From a virus (Duplodnaviria > Caudoviricetes): DNA of 64,000 bases. How positions within the stretch are numbered: position 1 is the stretch's first letter; each line of letters begins with the position of its first letter. Below, piece after piece: positions 19,459 through 29,732 of the stretch. The notes under the pieces are model-generated. The model was not told where the DNA came from. It searched no databases and saw only the letters and a list, made by a program, of their open reading frames with translations. The stretch is from IMG/VR virus record IMGVR_UViG_3300014059_000970, positions 32,001 through 96,000 of that record; one strand, 5' to 3'. The position numbers and the translations under genes were made by a program.

Positions 19459-20910
19459 CTAAAATTCTATGTCATCGCCTGGTTTATCGTCTTCTTCATC
19501 TGGACTTCCATACTTGTCTTTAACTAAAAATGCGTTTTCTCCTTCTGTTACTTTTGCTATAGCTCCTTGGAAATAACAATTTATATAGTCTAACGGATGT
19601 CGACCACCGCCATGACGCGCCTTTAATACTACTAACTTGTGAGTACCGGCACTTGGACAATCAGCCATTTCTTCTTCAGACTTTTCTTTGAAGATAGTAA
19701 AATTAGAACAGAGCCAAATAATTCTATCTGACCCGCTAGCAGCCGCCGTTGATTCTTTATCCACACCGTCGCGGTTTAACTGCAAAAACATTAATATTGG
19801 AATACCGTATCTGACAGCAAAATTATGCAGAGAGGTCATCATAAAGCCCAATAATTGGTATTCTTGTAGGGCGCTACTAATGCCTTCTGAATTCATCAAC
19901 TTAAGATAGTCATATACTATTACACAAGGCTTGGCCTTTCCACTACTATCTAGGCCCACATCCTTGACTATCCAACGCCTCATAACCGCTAATTGTTCCT
20001 CGAAAGGCATACCAGCGATTGACTTATGGAAATATGGTAATTTTTTCTTTTCTATCTCGGCAGCAGCCCGTTTGACCGATTCTTGTTCTTTTGGCTTTTG
20101 AGAGAATTTACCAGTTTCAATGTTGTAAATATAACATTCACTAGCCATAGCAAGAAGACGGTTAATATGGTCTTCTTTAGACATTTCCGTGTCCATATTT
20201 AAGACAGGAATATTGTGTTTGTCGGCTATATGAAAGCCCATATTGCCTGAAATAACGCTTTTACCAACACCAGAACGAGCGCCTATTAAATTAAGCGTGC
20301 CCTTTCTTAAACCACCACCTATAGAAGCGTCCCATAGTTTAAAGCCAGTTTCAACACCAACTTGGTCTAATGGATTATCTGCTAGAAACTGAACATAGTC
20401 GCTAAGCCCACTACTGATTTGAGACGGGGCCTCATCAACATCGTTTAGCAAAGACGAAAAGTCAAATATCTTATTTTCTGCAATGCTTAGAATAGATGCT
20501 ACACTTTCATCTCCAGTTATAGCATTAAGGTCGCTACCCGCCTCTTCTAGATGAGTTTTTAATAGTCTGGTTATTTCTAGCTTACGAATTTTCGCAGCAA
20601 ATCTACGGGCATTCTTTTCAGAAACCGCACAATTAAATAGGCTCTTTAAGTGATTCTGAAACTTAACATCATCAAAATAAGTATCTAGGCCCAGTTCACT
20701 ACCAGCGGACAGAATAGAAACAATATCTATCTTGTCTACGTTTTCGTGTTTAAAAATCTGTCTTATCGCAGCGTAGGCGTACTTATTATATTCAACCGTA
20801 AAAGTAGACTCTTGAATTAAATCCGCAATATCTAAATATACTTCTTGACCGTGCTGTGCCACGGCCGCTAAAACAGCGCGTTCTGCGGAAACATCTACTA
20901 ATACTTTCAT
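19459..20910 (-). CDS. dnaB: replicative DNA helicase
   Basis: AERAVL, GARSGVGKS, DTEM, VYDYLKLM, QLNR, KARHG. Confidence 0.95.
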   Translation of the reverse strand: MKVLVDVSAERAVLAAVAQHGQEVYLDIADLIQESTFTVEYNKYAYAAIRQIFKHENVDKIDIVSILSAGSELGLDTYFDDVKFQNHLKSLFNCAVSEKNARRFAAKIRKLEITRLLKTHLEEAGSDLNAITGDESVASILSIAENKIFDFSSLLNDVDEAPSQISSGLSDYVQFLADNPLDQVGVETGFKLWDASIGGGLRKGTLNLIGARSGVGKSVISGNMGFHIADKHNIPVLNMDTEMSKEDHINRLLAMASECYIYNIETGKFSQKPKEQESVKRAAAEIEKKKLPYFHKSIAGMPFEEQLAVMRRWIVKDVGLDSSGKAKPCVIVYDYLKLMNSEGISSALQEYQLLGFMMTSLHNFAVRYGIPILMFLQLNRDGVDKESTAAASGSDRIIWLCSNFTIFKEKSEEEMADCPSAGTHKLVVLKARHGGGRHPLDYINCYFQGAIAKVTEGENAFLVKDKYGSPDEEDDKPGDDIEF

Positions 20911-21470
20911 TAATCCCTACCAGTTATACAACCATCACAAACATATCTTCTATGGGCAAGAGCCCCGCCAACTTCAAACTCCCTATGACAACGAACACAT
21001 TCAACTTCATATAATGTAGCGCGAGCCATTCTTTGGGCTGGCCTTCCTTTTTTAAGGGCCTCTTTATCTTCCTTTACCAAATGCTTATTTGCACTAAACT
21101 CTTCCATTTCAAGAAATACGTTCTTTCTTGGACCCGTATTTAATCCTTCTGTTCTACAGAATTTTTCTCCAACTCCTTTACTACCGCGTTTCTTTGGCCT
21201 AGAGCCTTTTCTTCTTGGAGATTCTTCTTCGTCATCATCGTCTTCCATTCGGATTTTTATTACTTTTTTCTTTGGCCTTTCGGTTGGCTCAAAGTCTTCT
21301 TCAAAATCCTCTTCAATTGGCTGGGACTTTGGTAATATAATCTTGTCTTTTCTAGGACGACCACGTTTCTTTGGAGTTTGTGAAACTTTTGGTTCGCTCG
21401 CTAAAGCAGCGGCAAAAGCAGCCTTTTGCTCATCTGATAGCGTTGCTAAAAAATCTTCCATCTGACCCAT
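20910..21470 (-). CDS. hypothetical protein with AT-hook and C-terminal zinc ribbon
   Basis: KKRGRPRK; CVRC...CDGC. Confidence 0.7.
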   Translation of the reverse strand: MGQMEDFLATLSDEQKAAFAAALASEPKVSQTPKKRGRPRKDKIILPKSQPIEEDFEEDFEPTERPKKKVIKIRMEDDDDEEESPRRKGSRPKKRGSKGVGEKFCRTEGLNTGPRKNVFLEMEEFSANKHLVKEDKEALKKGRPAQRMARATLYEVECVRCHREFEVGGALAHRRYVCDGCITGRD

Positions 21471-21471
21471 A

Positions 21472-21966
21472 CTAACCTCTTTGATAACTCTTTGCTCTTT
21501 GTAAATTTTCTAATTTGTCCGACATCTTACTTATTGTAGTGCCGAGAAAACTTAATCTCTCTATTTTTTGTTCGCTGTATGATATAAGTTTTAACAACCT
21601 ATTAACTACTTGATTATCTCTTGCTATTAATCTACCGCGCATTTCATATCTAGTATAGGAATCGTAATCACTCCATTTGGCAGCTATGAAATAGTCTAGC
21701 TTATCTTTAAGCCATTTCAATGTCGCCGCCTCTTTATTATGAACGCGCTGAATATAGTATGAATACTGCGCCAATTGATATGCTTTTTCAGCACACTCAA
21801 CAGCGCCTAGTTTTTCTAATTGTGGATGCGTTAGGTTTAATATTTCTTCAGTTTCATTTGGAACCGTTGGTTTGCTTAAATTATGTATTGACTCGAACTC
21901 GTCCAATAACTTATGGGCAAGCTCCATTTGTTCTTCTAGGGTTTGGCTTTTAGCTTGTTCTTCCAT
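21472..21966 (-). CDS. helical hypothetical protein (possibly UvsY-like)
   Basis: Coiled-coil character; lies between recA and dnaB. Confidence 0.55.
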   Translation of the reverse strand: MEEQAKSQTLEEQMELAHKLLDEFESIHNLSKPTVPNETEEILNLTHPQLEKLGAVECAEKAYQLAQYSYYIQRVHNKEAATLKWLKDKLDYFIAAKWSDYDSYTRYEMRGRLIARDNQVVNRLLKLISYSEQKIERLSFLGTTISKMSDKLENLQRAKSYQRG

Positions 21967-22346
21967 TCTTCTTCTTTCTCATTGTATGGCAAAACTATCA
22001 GAGTTATACCATTAAGTTCGCACCATTCGGCCTTGTTTCTATCATTAGCTTGGCCCTTAAAAAAGTCCATTTTAGTATTGTGGTAAAGTGGGGTAAATTC
22101 ATAGTGTTGTCTACCATGGACTTCCACAGCTATACCAAGTGTAGGAATATAGAAGTCTAAAAATAGTTTCTTCTTTCCTTCTATGACAATGGGAATTTCT
22201 TCATAAATGCCACAGGTCGAATAAAGACTATGTAGTATTTCTTTTGCTTTGGCATGAGCCTTACTTGTTGGTCGTTTATTACCTTTTGCCAGTTTCTCTG
22301 GAATTTTCCAGTTTAACTCTTCTCCATCGAGCGTCTTAACTAACAT
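21936..22346 (-). CDS. Vsr/DUF559-like endonuclease
   Basis: LDFYIP..AVEVHGRQH...DRNK.EWC. Confidence 0.8.
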   Translation of the reverse strand: MLVKTLDGEELNWKIPEKLAKGNKRPTSKAHAKAKEILHSLYSTCGIYEEIPIVIEGKKKLFLDFYIPTLGIAVEVHGRQHYEFTPLYHNTKMDFFKGQANDRNKAEWCELNGITLIVLPYNEKEEEWKNKLKAKP

Positions 22347-22704
22347 AGACGTAATATACCCATACCTTTTTGTTATGTTTTTTAGCTAGTTCTATCATAT
22401 GCTTACTGCCTTTAGAAACGCCGTCATATAAAACCAATACAGAATCTCCTAATTCGGCCATATCTTCGTTTCTTCTATATCCTGCACCTTTTCCGTATTT
22501 ATCCCATTCAGCAGGCATTATTGTAAGGGTTTTATTTAATTTCGTAGCAAGTATTTCTCCTAGTTTGTCGGCTCCATTTGCTCCACCAGATATAATTTCT
22601 GTAACTTCATTCCTTACGATATCTCCTAGGTCTAAAGTTAAAATAGCGTTATATAAATGTTGAATATTAACAATTGTTCTAGAGCCGGCTATAACTAATT
22701 TCAT
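22336..22704 (-). CDS. SLOG family protein (DUF2493/YspA-like)
   Basis: IAGSR, SGGANGAD, AEWDKYGKGAGYRRNEDM, SKGSKHMI. Confidence 0.9.
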   Translation of the reverse strand: MKLVIAGSRTIVNIQHLYNAILTLDLGDIVRNEVTEIISGGANGADKLGEILATKLNKTLTIMPAEWDKYGKGAGYRRNEDMAELGDSVLVLYDGVSKGSKHMIELAKKHNKKVWVYYVYVS

Positions 22705-23660
22705 CCTAGCATTTCCTTTACTTTAGCAAGCATGTCTTTATATAGGTCTTTGTCATCTTTTAATAGATTACGGGCCTTTTCTTTACCCTGAGCCTGTCTG
22801 CCGTCTGGAAACTTTAACCATGCGCCGGATTTAGCAACAATTCCTATATCTATAAGCATTGATAGAAGGTCATAGTATTCATCTAGGGCTTCACCATATC
22901 TCAATAGAGTTGTAGTTTTACCTCCAGGTGGTCCTAGCGCAGAAGTATCGCATTGCCAGTGCATAAGTTGCCCAACCTGCTTATCGCCGTCCATGAACGC
23001 CTCGACGTGAGTGACTTTCAATTTAACGTCCGCCGCATATTGTATTTTTTGACCAGACGCCTCCATCCATGTAGCGGGTCCGTTGCCCTGATTTGCAATT
23101 AAATGCGTGATACATATTAGAATGTTATTCTGGACGGGCAAGATATTCGCTGCCCGTTTGGTTAATGTAGCAAGCATCAGCGGAATATCATCACGAAATC
23201 TTTCGGAAATCGTGCCCGCGTGACGGCTCGACGAACAAAGTTGTGATGCGGAGTCTAGTATAAACACAGAATTCTCTTCTGTCTCTATCAAATTCATCAG
23301 AATTTCAAGATAGTCGTCTCCGCTTAAGATTTTCTTTTTAGTAGATTTGATAATCTCTATTTTATCTTTATCTAAACTCAGCCCTGGAATTCCTTTTAGG
23401 TCGCGTGGCTTAAGTCTTCCTTCTACGTTTAGATAATATACCTTACAGCCAGCCTGTTGAGCCTTGGCTGCGAAATGTAAAACGCTTGTAGTCTTACCTA
23501 ATTTCTTCTGTCCAGTTACAATAACGAAAGACCCAAGTGGAATTCCGCCGCCTAAAACTATGTCTAGGTTTGGGCTAAAATTAATAACTGGCTTAACTTC
23601 ATCTGCTAAATCTTGTGCTGACGTAAACGCATGTTTGTAGTCTGCTCTAATATCACCCAT
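22701..23660 (-). CDS. recA: RecA-like recombinase
   Basis: LDIVLGGGIP, GQKKLGKTT, ILDS, KSGAW...QGKE. Confidence 0.9.
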   Translation of the reverse strand: MGDIRADYKHAFTSAQDLADEVKPVINFSPNLDIVLGGGIPLGSFVIVTGQKKLGKTTSVLHFAAKAQQAGCKVYYLNVEGRLKPRDLKGIPGLSLDKDKIEIIKSTKKKILSGDDYLEILMNLIETEENSVFILDSASQLCSSSRHAGTISERFRDDIPLMLATLTKRAANILPVQNNILICITHLIANQGNGPATWMEASGQKIQYAADVKLKVTHVEAFMDGDKQVGQLMHWQCDTSALGPPGGKTTTLLRYGEALDEYYDLLSMLIDIGIVAKSGAWLKFPDGRQAQGKEKARNLLKDDKDLYKDMLAKVKEMLG

Positions 23661-24057
23661 CTAATTTATCCAATAATGTTTTCTTGTTATTAGGACGTTG
23701 AAAATTCTCTCCACCAATATTGTCCTCTACTATTGGTTTTTTAACTTCCTTCTCAATCTTCAATTGATATTCTTTAATAACCGGTAAAAGCCAAGGCGCT
23801 CCAAGACTGTAGATTTTTGAAGTTCTTTTGTCCCGAAGCGCCTTTATTATAGCCGAGTCTGAATAATTGTCTAATAGCTTTTTTGCAAGATTTGTTTGAG
23901 AACGATAAAACTGTTTCCATTGAGGCTGTTCCCAAAACTTAACCGGAAGTTCCCGTTTCGTTTGTTGTGCGTTTTTTTCACAAATTAACTCACATATATA
24001 TTGAAGTGGAGTTATCTCTTTTCCCGGCGAATATTTAGACTTATACTTCTTTGACAT
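23653..24057 (-). CDS. hypothetical protein
   Basis: 134 aa ORF, operon context. Confidence 0.7.
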   Translation of the reverse strand: MSKKYKSKYSPGKEITPLQYICELICEKNAQQTKRELPVKFWEQPQWKQFYRSQTNLAKKLLDNYSDSAIIKALRDKRTSKIYSLGAPWLLPVIKEYQLKIEKEVKKPIVEDNIGGENFQRPNNKKTLLDKLDG

Positions 24058-24442
24058 TATTAGTCTTCTTTGCTTTTACTCCCTTTACTGCTTTTAAAAC
24101 TTCAGCATGTTTTTCTAAAGAATTAAAATCGTTTAAAAGAGCCTCTCCAGCGGCTTTAACAGAAGCAATAATGTCTTCTCTTTCTTCAGTTGTAATATTT
24201 GTTTCTTTTCCAGCAATAACTACGGCTTGTAGAGCGTTCTCTTTTTCTAGTTCTTCTACTCTTGCTTGTAGCGTAGCAATCTTGCCTTCAGCAATTTCTA
24301 AAGCACCGCCTAATTCTTCCGCTATCTCAAAATTTTGTTTAGCAATTAGTTTAGCTAATTCTAAATCAAACTCTAATGAGGTTATAACTTCCTCTTGACT
24401 TGGCCCATTAACAGAGGCCACATTTCTTACTGACTTATTCAT
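24041..24442 (-). CDS. coiled-coil hypothetical protein
   Basis: Heptad pattern IATLQARVEELEKEN. Confidence 0.65.
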   Translation of the reverse strand: MNKSVRNVASVNGPSQEEVITSLEFDLELAKLIAKQNFEIAEELGGALEIAEGKIATLQARVEELEKENALQAVVIAGKETNITTEEREDIIASVKAAGEALLNDFNSLEKHAEVLKAVKGVKAKKTNNVKEV

Positions 24443-24956
24443 TTTCTAATCCTTTTGGTACTGCATGTTCTTGTCTAAAAATATGGTCGTCTACATTCTT
24501 ACTAGTAATACGAGTTCTTCTAATTTCGTCCATTGTTTCAGAGGCCGTACTATTCATAATAGCTATGCCCTTTCTTCCGCCTTCTGATTTTCTAGTTAAT
24601 AGACTGCCGGGATTAATTCTCTTTAGGGCAACTCCTACTAGGTAGTCGACATGGCCTAAATTAGCTGGTTCTGTTAACTTACCCTTAATATACTTAATGC
24701 ATGATAAGGCGTCCATCTTTGGCATACCTTGTTCAATTAACTTATCGTATACCGCCTTTTCAACATCCTTTGGAACAAAACCATTTTCTTTTGCATTTAA
24801 TTCCCTGACGTTAGATAGGTTTTCATCTATATACTTTCTTACTACCGTCTCGCTTCTAGCTGTCTTATTAGCTATCTTTGTTACAGAAAGACCGGCTTCA
24901 ACCATTGCGGTAATTGCCCACTTTTCTGTTTCTGTTAGTGCTGTGCCTCTAGCCAT
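24435..24956 (-). CDS. HTH domain protein
   Basis: LTETEK...GLSVTKIANKTARSETVVRKY. Confidence 0.75.
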   Translation of the reverse strand: MARGTALTETEKWAITAMVEAGLSVTKIANKTARSETVVRKYIDENLSNVRELNAKENGFVPKDVEKAVYDKLIEQGMPKMDALSCIKYIKGKLTEPANLGHVDYLVGVALKRINPGSLLTRKSEGGRKGIAIMNSTASETMDEIRRTRITSKNVDDHIFRQEHAVPKGLENE

Positions 24957-24964
24957 TTTATCTC

Positions 24965-25333
24965 CTATACCGTATTGTCTTTAGCTATTCTATTCGCTTG
25001 TAAAAATAACTTTTCTTGTTTTGTTGTTAAAAATCCAACATATAAATCAAACGCCTCTTGATTGACTTTCTTAAATCGTCCAAGTTTGTTCTTTTGTTGG
25101 AACATGGCATTAATTGGATTCATTAATTGGCCATTATCGTCTACCCTCAATTCCCTTCTTACGCCACAACATCTGGCATAAGTAAATTCATTTTCTTTTG
25201 TTTGGGTATAATTTCCGTCCTTTACTACTACATTGTCTTTACTGTCCTTTCCCTTCATAGTATAGTATGTCACTACTTCTGTTGGTTTAATTGGTTCAGC
25301 AAACGACTGGACTGTTCCTGTACGTTCTTTCAT
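24965..25333 (-). CDS. hypothetical protein
   Basis: 122 aa ORF with AAGGA RBS. Confidence 0.7.
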   Translation of the reverse strand: MKERTGTVQSFAEPIKPTEVVTYYTMKGKDSKDNVVVKDGNYTQTKENEFTYARCCGVRRELRVDDNGQLMNPINAMFQQKNKLGRFKKVNQEAFDLYVGFLTTKQEKLFLQANRIAKDNTV

Positions 25334-25344
25334 TGGTTTTCCTT

Positions 25345-25680
25345 TTAATTAGATTTTCTTTGTCCATCCGAGTCCCGCTCGAATGTCTTCATCCCATCTC
25401 CGAGTTTGCCAGTAAATGGCTTGTTCCTATACTCGTTATGTTTCTTATTTAAAAACGCCTTATGGTCTTCACTCATAGAAGATGAATTTTTATCCATCAA
25501 CGAACCTAGAGTATGTGGCGTACTTATTACTATACCTCCGTATAGCCTAGAAACAGCGTCGTTTTTCTGACAAGACGGACAATTTGGCTTAAGCCCAATA
25601 ATCTCGTCCATCTTACAGCTAATCTCAAATTGAGACCCACACCCGCCATCTTCCTCGTAACACTCAAAATCGTAATCCAT
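25345..25680 (-). CDS. FmdB-like zinc ribbon protein
   Basis: YDFEC...CG..FE...CPSC. Confidence 0.8.
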   Translation of the reverse strand: MDYDFECYEEDGGCGSQFEISCKMDEIIGLKPNCPSCQKNDAVSRLYGGIVISTPHTLGSLMDKNSSSMSEDHKAFLNKKHNEYRNKPFTGKLGDGMKTFERDSDGQRKSN

Positions 25681-25691
25681 AAAATCCTATA

Positions 25692-27116
25692 TTATAGTAA
25701 GTAGTTACCTGTGTCTCTGATTGGAACGCCGCTCCAGTTGCTCACATTATGTGTTCTCCAGTAATAAGTACCAGAAGAAGATGGATGAATAAGTCCTGTT
25801 ATTTCTGCTAGGCTACCAATTGTAATCCATGGTCTTGTATTAGACACTGTAACATTTGGGAACTGAGTTGGCTTACCTCTTAATTTAAGAGCTTGTCTTT
25901 GAATTTTATCACAATTCTCTAATATTAGTTTAATACCGCCATAGGCATCAACTAGCCATGTTTCTGATTGAGACGTATAGCTATTATATGATAGTTTAAC
26001 ATCTTCAAACTTAATAACTGCTGCGGTTTCTGTATAAATACCAGATGGCTGCCAGCTAGTCATATCTAGTAGTTTAGCTGAAAGAGCATTATTATCACAC
26101 TTTACATTTTTAAATGTATAGTTGTCGTTATTTTCGCCGGGGCCGGCACCAATTAGTTCTAATATTCTTACGTTGGGTTGTGTTACTAAAATGTCATCAC
26201 AATAAAATGTGCCGCCGTGCTTTGCTACAACAGCACTGTGCTTTCTAGGAGTAGTCCAAGCTAGTCCGAACTCAAATTTTTGAACGTGGTGACCAATAGC
26301 TTGTTCTGATGAAATTAGGAAGCCAGTTGTGCAGTCGGTCATATACACGTCTGTCCATAAACAGTGGTCATTATTTCCAGCAAAAATTTCGCCTGAAGCA
26401 GCCAACGAAACGCCAATTTCGCAATTCATAATATTAATTGATTCAAATTGGGCTTTAGTAGTTCCTAAACCAGCAACGGCTCCATGGGCTAGTAAAATAC
26501 CTACAACTCCTGTTCCCATAACTGTTCTAGTTGGAGAGCCGATTAAAGAAACACTGTCCCATGTTAAACCTTGGCCAGAAATACAAACCATTGGTTGATG
26601 AGGTCCACCGTGCCAAACAAGTCTAGAAGAAGGACCAAATAAAGGATGAACTTGACCGTCGATAGTTCCAACACTGTTTCCTAGACCTTGTATTCTACCG
26701 CCCATTTGGTATGGGAAGTTAATTGTACTAGAAATTCTATAGGCTTTACCTGGAACAAAAACACCAAATCCACTAGCAAAGGCAGCGTTAATACAGTTTT
26801 GAATAGCGGTTGTACTTTCTGCGTTAGCAACAGCTCCAAAACTTTCAATATTCAAATACCCGCCACTTAAAGTAGCTCCACTTATATTATAAGTGTTGCT
26901 AGTAACTGTATTATCATAATAATTATTAACAACAGGAACATATCCATCGCCGGCCTGCCATCCAGTACCCACTATTTCGCCAAAAGCGTCTTGAGTGCCT
27001 AGTCTTACAACCGTAGTTATTGAAGTGGTGCCCTTATTAAAGGTAATACCAGAGATGTTTTGTTCGCCTTGTATAGCCATTGTGCTTATTATAATATGTA
27101 GGATATTGGTTGTCAT
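25692..27116 (-). CDS. beta-helix protein (pectate-lyase-3/tailspike-like)
   Basis: FGAV...TTAIQNCINAA..VFVPG.AYRISSTI followed by beta-helix-like repeats. Confidence 0.75.
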   Translation of the reverse strand: MTTNILHIIISTMAIQGEQNISGITFNKGTTSITTVVRLGTQDAFGEIVGTGWQAGDGYVPVVNNYYDNTVTSNTYNISGATLSGGYLNIESFGAVANAESTTAIQNCINAAFASGFGVFVPGKAYRISSTINFPYQMGGRIQGLGNSVGTIDGQVHPLFGPSSRLVWHGGPHQPMVCISGQGLTWDSVSLIGSPTRTVMGTGVVGILLAHGAVAGLGTTKAQFESINIMNCEIGVSLAASGEIFAGNNDHCLWTDVYMTDCTTGFLISSEQAIGHHVQKFEFGLAWTTPRKHSAVVAKHGGTFYCDDILVTQPNVRILELIGAGPGENNDNYTFKNVKCDNNALSAKLLDMTSWQPSGIYTETAAVIKFEDVKLSYNSYTSQSETWLVDAYGGIKLILENCDKIQRQALKLRGKPTQFPNVTVSNTRPWITIGSLAEITGLIHPSSSGTYYWRTHNVSNWSGVPIRDTGNYLL

Positions 27117-27210
27117 TTCTACATACTAGTACACCAATCTGCAATTTTTTGAAATTGACACATAACTAGTTACCACTAATAGCTTTACGCTTATTTAGCA
27201 GGTTTTTATA

Positions 27211-27909
27211 CTAAAAAAGGCCCTTATATTTACAAACCTTATAACACTGCTCTACATATTGCTCGTCTGTCATAGCCATTTTACTATGGTTGATTAATTT
27301 ATGAACCCATTGTACGTTTTCTTCGCTATATCCTTTAGAGCTGTCTTTTCTATCAAGAGAAGCTGTTTTTTCTGGATAAAAAGATAAAACTTGTCCAGAT
27401 AATGCGCATTTTCTTTCTTGTTTTAGAAATAAATCCCAAATATATTCTATAGAAATATTGAAGTAAATATTCCTTAATTCCGCATTTGCTCTAATTTGTG
27501 AAAAATGCCCTCCCGATATTTCTCCATGACCACACCAGTCTCTATGATTTTCTCTTGTTTGTCTATGTAAACATCCGCAAGATATCCTTTGTGTTATTTT
27601 TTGAGCTTTTAATTTAATTTTGTTTCCGCATTCACATTCACATTCACACATGGTGTGATTTATATTATCGTATTTTTCTTTATATATATTAGTAACTGTT
27701 AATTTACCAAATTTATCGTTAATTTTGGTTTTACATTTTTTACTAGATTTTCTAACTTCAATTTTATAATGATGTAAGTAATTTAGTATTGTTTGTCCTC
27801 CACACCCATACATCTCCCCTATTTTATCTGACGATAAGCCTTGTTTTACATATAGGTCATTTAGTATTTTAGGAGTTATCTCCTTGATGAATTTTTTCTT
27901 TTTTGGCAT
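27211..27909 (-). CDS. HNH homing endonuclease
   Basis: KFGKLTV..CECECG..SCGC; TASLDRKDSSKGYSEENVQWVHKLINHSK. Confidence 0.85.
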   Translation of the reverse strand: MPKKKKFIKEITPKILNDLYVKQGLSSDKIGEMYGCGGQTILNYLHHYKIEVRKSSKKCKTKINDKFGKLTVTNIYKEKYDNINHTMCECECECGNKIKLKAQKITQRISCGCLHRQTRENHRDWCGHGEISGGHFSQIRANAELRNIYFNISIEYIWDLFLKQERKCALSGQVLSFYPEKTASLDRKDSSKGYSEENVQWVHKLINHSKMAMTDEQYVEQCYKVCKYKGLF

Positions 27910-27927
27910 GATATATTATACACCAAA
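27902..27927 (-). promoter_or_regulatory. GGTGTATAAT promoter motif in a hairpin pairing with the HNH start codon
   Basis: TTTGGTGT pairs ATGCCAAA; TATAAT is 5 nt from ATG (leaderless geometry). Confidence 0.6.
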
Positions 27928-28521
27928 TTATTTTACTCTTACTAAATTTTTGTAAAGTGGAGTCATATAGGGAACCCATTTTTCGCTTATTTTTGACCAA
28001 GGAGAAAGTCCCAAAATAAACTGTTGTGGACCTGGCTCTTTAGGTTCTTTTAATAAGGTCATATTTGCCTCTTTTGGAGTTCTATTAGCCTTTCTTCTAT
28101 TACAGGTCATACAGCAAGTTACTATATTTGTCCAATTTGTTGGGGTTCCCTTATAGCCTTTTTTCTTCCAAGTTTCTCTAGGAACCACATGGTCGTAAGT
28201 AAGATGCTCTCCATCTATTGATTGGTGACCGCAATAACAACAAGTCATCTGGTCTCTTAAAAAGACGTGTTTTCTAGAAAACGACAGCTTTTTCTTGTCC
28301 TGCCTAATATAGACCGGAGAACGAACTACTGCTGGAATAGGAAAATGTCTTCCACCACAAGTTAGAACTGAATCGTCATAGTAATCTATAACTTCAAGTC
28401 CTTCTCTTGGATTCTCCATATTAACAATTGCTTGAACTACCGCTCGTTTCCATTCTATTGTTGCCAAGGCACTAAAATCTGCGTTAAGCATCAGTACCCG
28501 TCTGTTGTGCTGTTTCCTCAT
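27928..28521 (-). CDS. HNH endonuclease (McrA/HNH_5-like)
   Basis: VFLRDQMTCCYCG..LTYDHVVP..WTNIVTCCMTCNRRK. Confidence 0.9.
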   Translation of the reverse strand: MRKQHNRRVLMLNADFSALATIEWKRAVVQAIVNMENPREGLEVIDYYDDSVLTCGGRHFPIPAVVRSPVYIRQDKKKLSFSRKHVFLRDQMTCCYCGHQSIDGEHLTYDHVVPRETWKKKGYKGTPTNWTNIVTCCMTCNRRKANRTPKEANMTLLKEPKEPGPQQFILGLSPWSKISEKWVPYMTPLYKNLVRVK

Positions 28522-29149
28522 TAAGTCTATCCAATATCTTTTGAATTATTGGCTCCCTTACAATGTCCGAGTTATTTAAATTAACCATTCCTATGCCTTC
28601 AATGTCATACAATTTAGACATTAAAATCTGCATTCCGCCCTGTTTTTCTTTGAAAAGGTCGCTCTGGAATATGTCTCCAGATAGTACCATTTTACTACCG
28701 TAGCCCATTCTTGTCAAGCCCAAAATTAGCTGGTCATAGGTACAATTCTGAACTTCGTCAAAAATAATGAAAGAGTTTTTGAAAGTAAGACCGCGCATAT
28801 ATCCGAATGGAACTATGTCGATTACTTTTGTAGCAACCATAGTCTCTATCTCTTTCTTGGTTGCGACTTCAGATATAATGTCCATTACTGGTCTGATATA
28901 TGGAGTTAGATTTTCTTCTATATTTCCAGGTAAGTGTCCGGTTGGTAGGTCGGACTGTACTAATGGTCTGCTGATTATAAGTTTGTCGTATTTTTTAGCA
29001 AGTAGGGCGTTGATACCAAACAATGTTGCTAAAAATGTTTTTCCTGTTCCTGCTGGTCCGTTACAAAATGTTATTTTATTTTTTAATAATGAATCTAAAT
29101 ATAGTTGTTGGTTATCTGTTTTGGGTTGAATAGTATTCTTGTTCTTCAT
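28484..29149 (-). CDS. phoH: PhoH-like protein
   Basis: GPAGTGKT, GHLPG, YMRGLTF, DEVQN, TRMG, GD..QSD. Confidence 0.95.
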   Translation of the reverse strand: MKNKNTIQPKTDNQQLYLDSLLKNKITFCNGPAGTGKTFLATLFGINALLAKKYDKLIISRPLVQSDLPTGHLPGNIEENLTPYIRPVMDIISEVATKKEIETMVATKVIDIVPFGYMRGLTFKNSFIIFDEVQNCTYDQLILGLTRMGYGSKMVLSGDIFQSDLFKEKQGGMQILMSKLYDIEGIGMVNLNNSDIVREPIIQKILDRLNEETAQQTGTDA

Positions 29150-29732
29150 TAAAACGTACTTTCCATTCGTTGTTACCTTCTTCTGTTGTTTTTCTTACGC
29201 TTTTAATCCTTGGCAACTCTTCTGTAGTTATGTTCATATATTGAAGAATTGACACTACAGACTGTCCTATTCCGTCACAAATATCTATCTCGTATGATAA
29301 TTTTAGATGGTTTTTGTCTTCAAAGTATTCTTCAAAAAATTGATTTTCTTTTTCGACTTCTTCTAAACACCACTTTATTCCTTCATAAGAATATTCTGGT
29401 CTTTCTCTTTTTTTATGCCATCCGTTTGTTTTATACGCTATATATCTAGAAATGGCCTGAAGAATGCTATCTTCTCTATATAACCATATTAGATAGTTGA
29501 CCTGCATATTACTGTCAAAAAATGCCCGTAGCTGGTCAAAGCCGACAATTTTTACTCCAAACACAGAATTCTCTGTCTGAAATTTTCTAATCCACTCATG
29601 TTTATTATCGCCAAATTTCATGGATTTGTTAAAGAATTCTTTAGGAAAACCACATCTATTAGTAGATGATAGCATATCGCAAAGATATGTACTTCCTGTA
29701 CGACTACCACAAATTATAGCAAATTTTTTCAT
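29112..29732 (-). CDS. sulfotransferase (Stf0-like)
   Basis: PAPS loop RTGSTYL, PKEFFN, FGVK, LYRE..LQAIS, SYE. Confidence 0.85.
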   Translation of the reverse strand: MKKFAIICGSRTGSTYLCDMLSSTNRCGFPKEFFNKSMKFGDNKHEWIRKFQTENSVFGVKIVGFDQLRAFFDSNMQVNYLIWLYREDSILQAISRYIAYKTNGWHKKRERPEYSYEGIKWCLEEVEKENQFFEEYFEDKNHLKLSYEIDICDGIGQSVVSILQYMNITTEELPRIKSVRKTTEEGNNEWKVRFNEEQEYYSTQNR

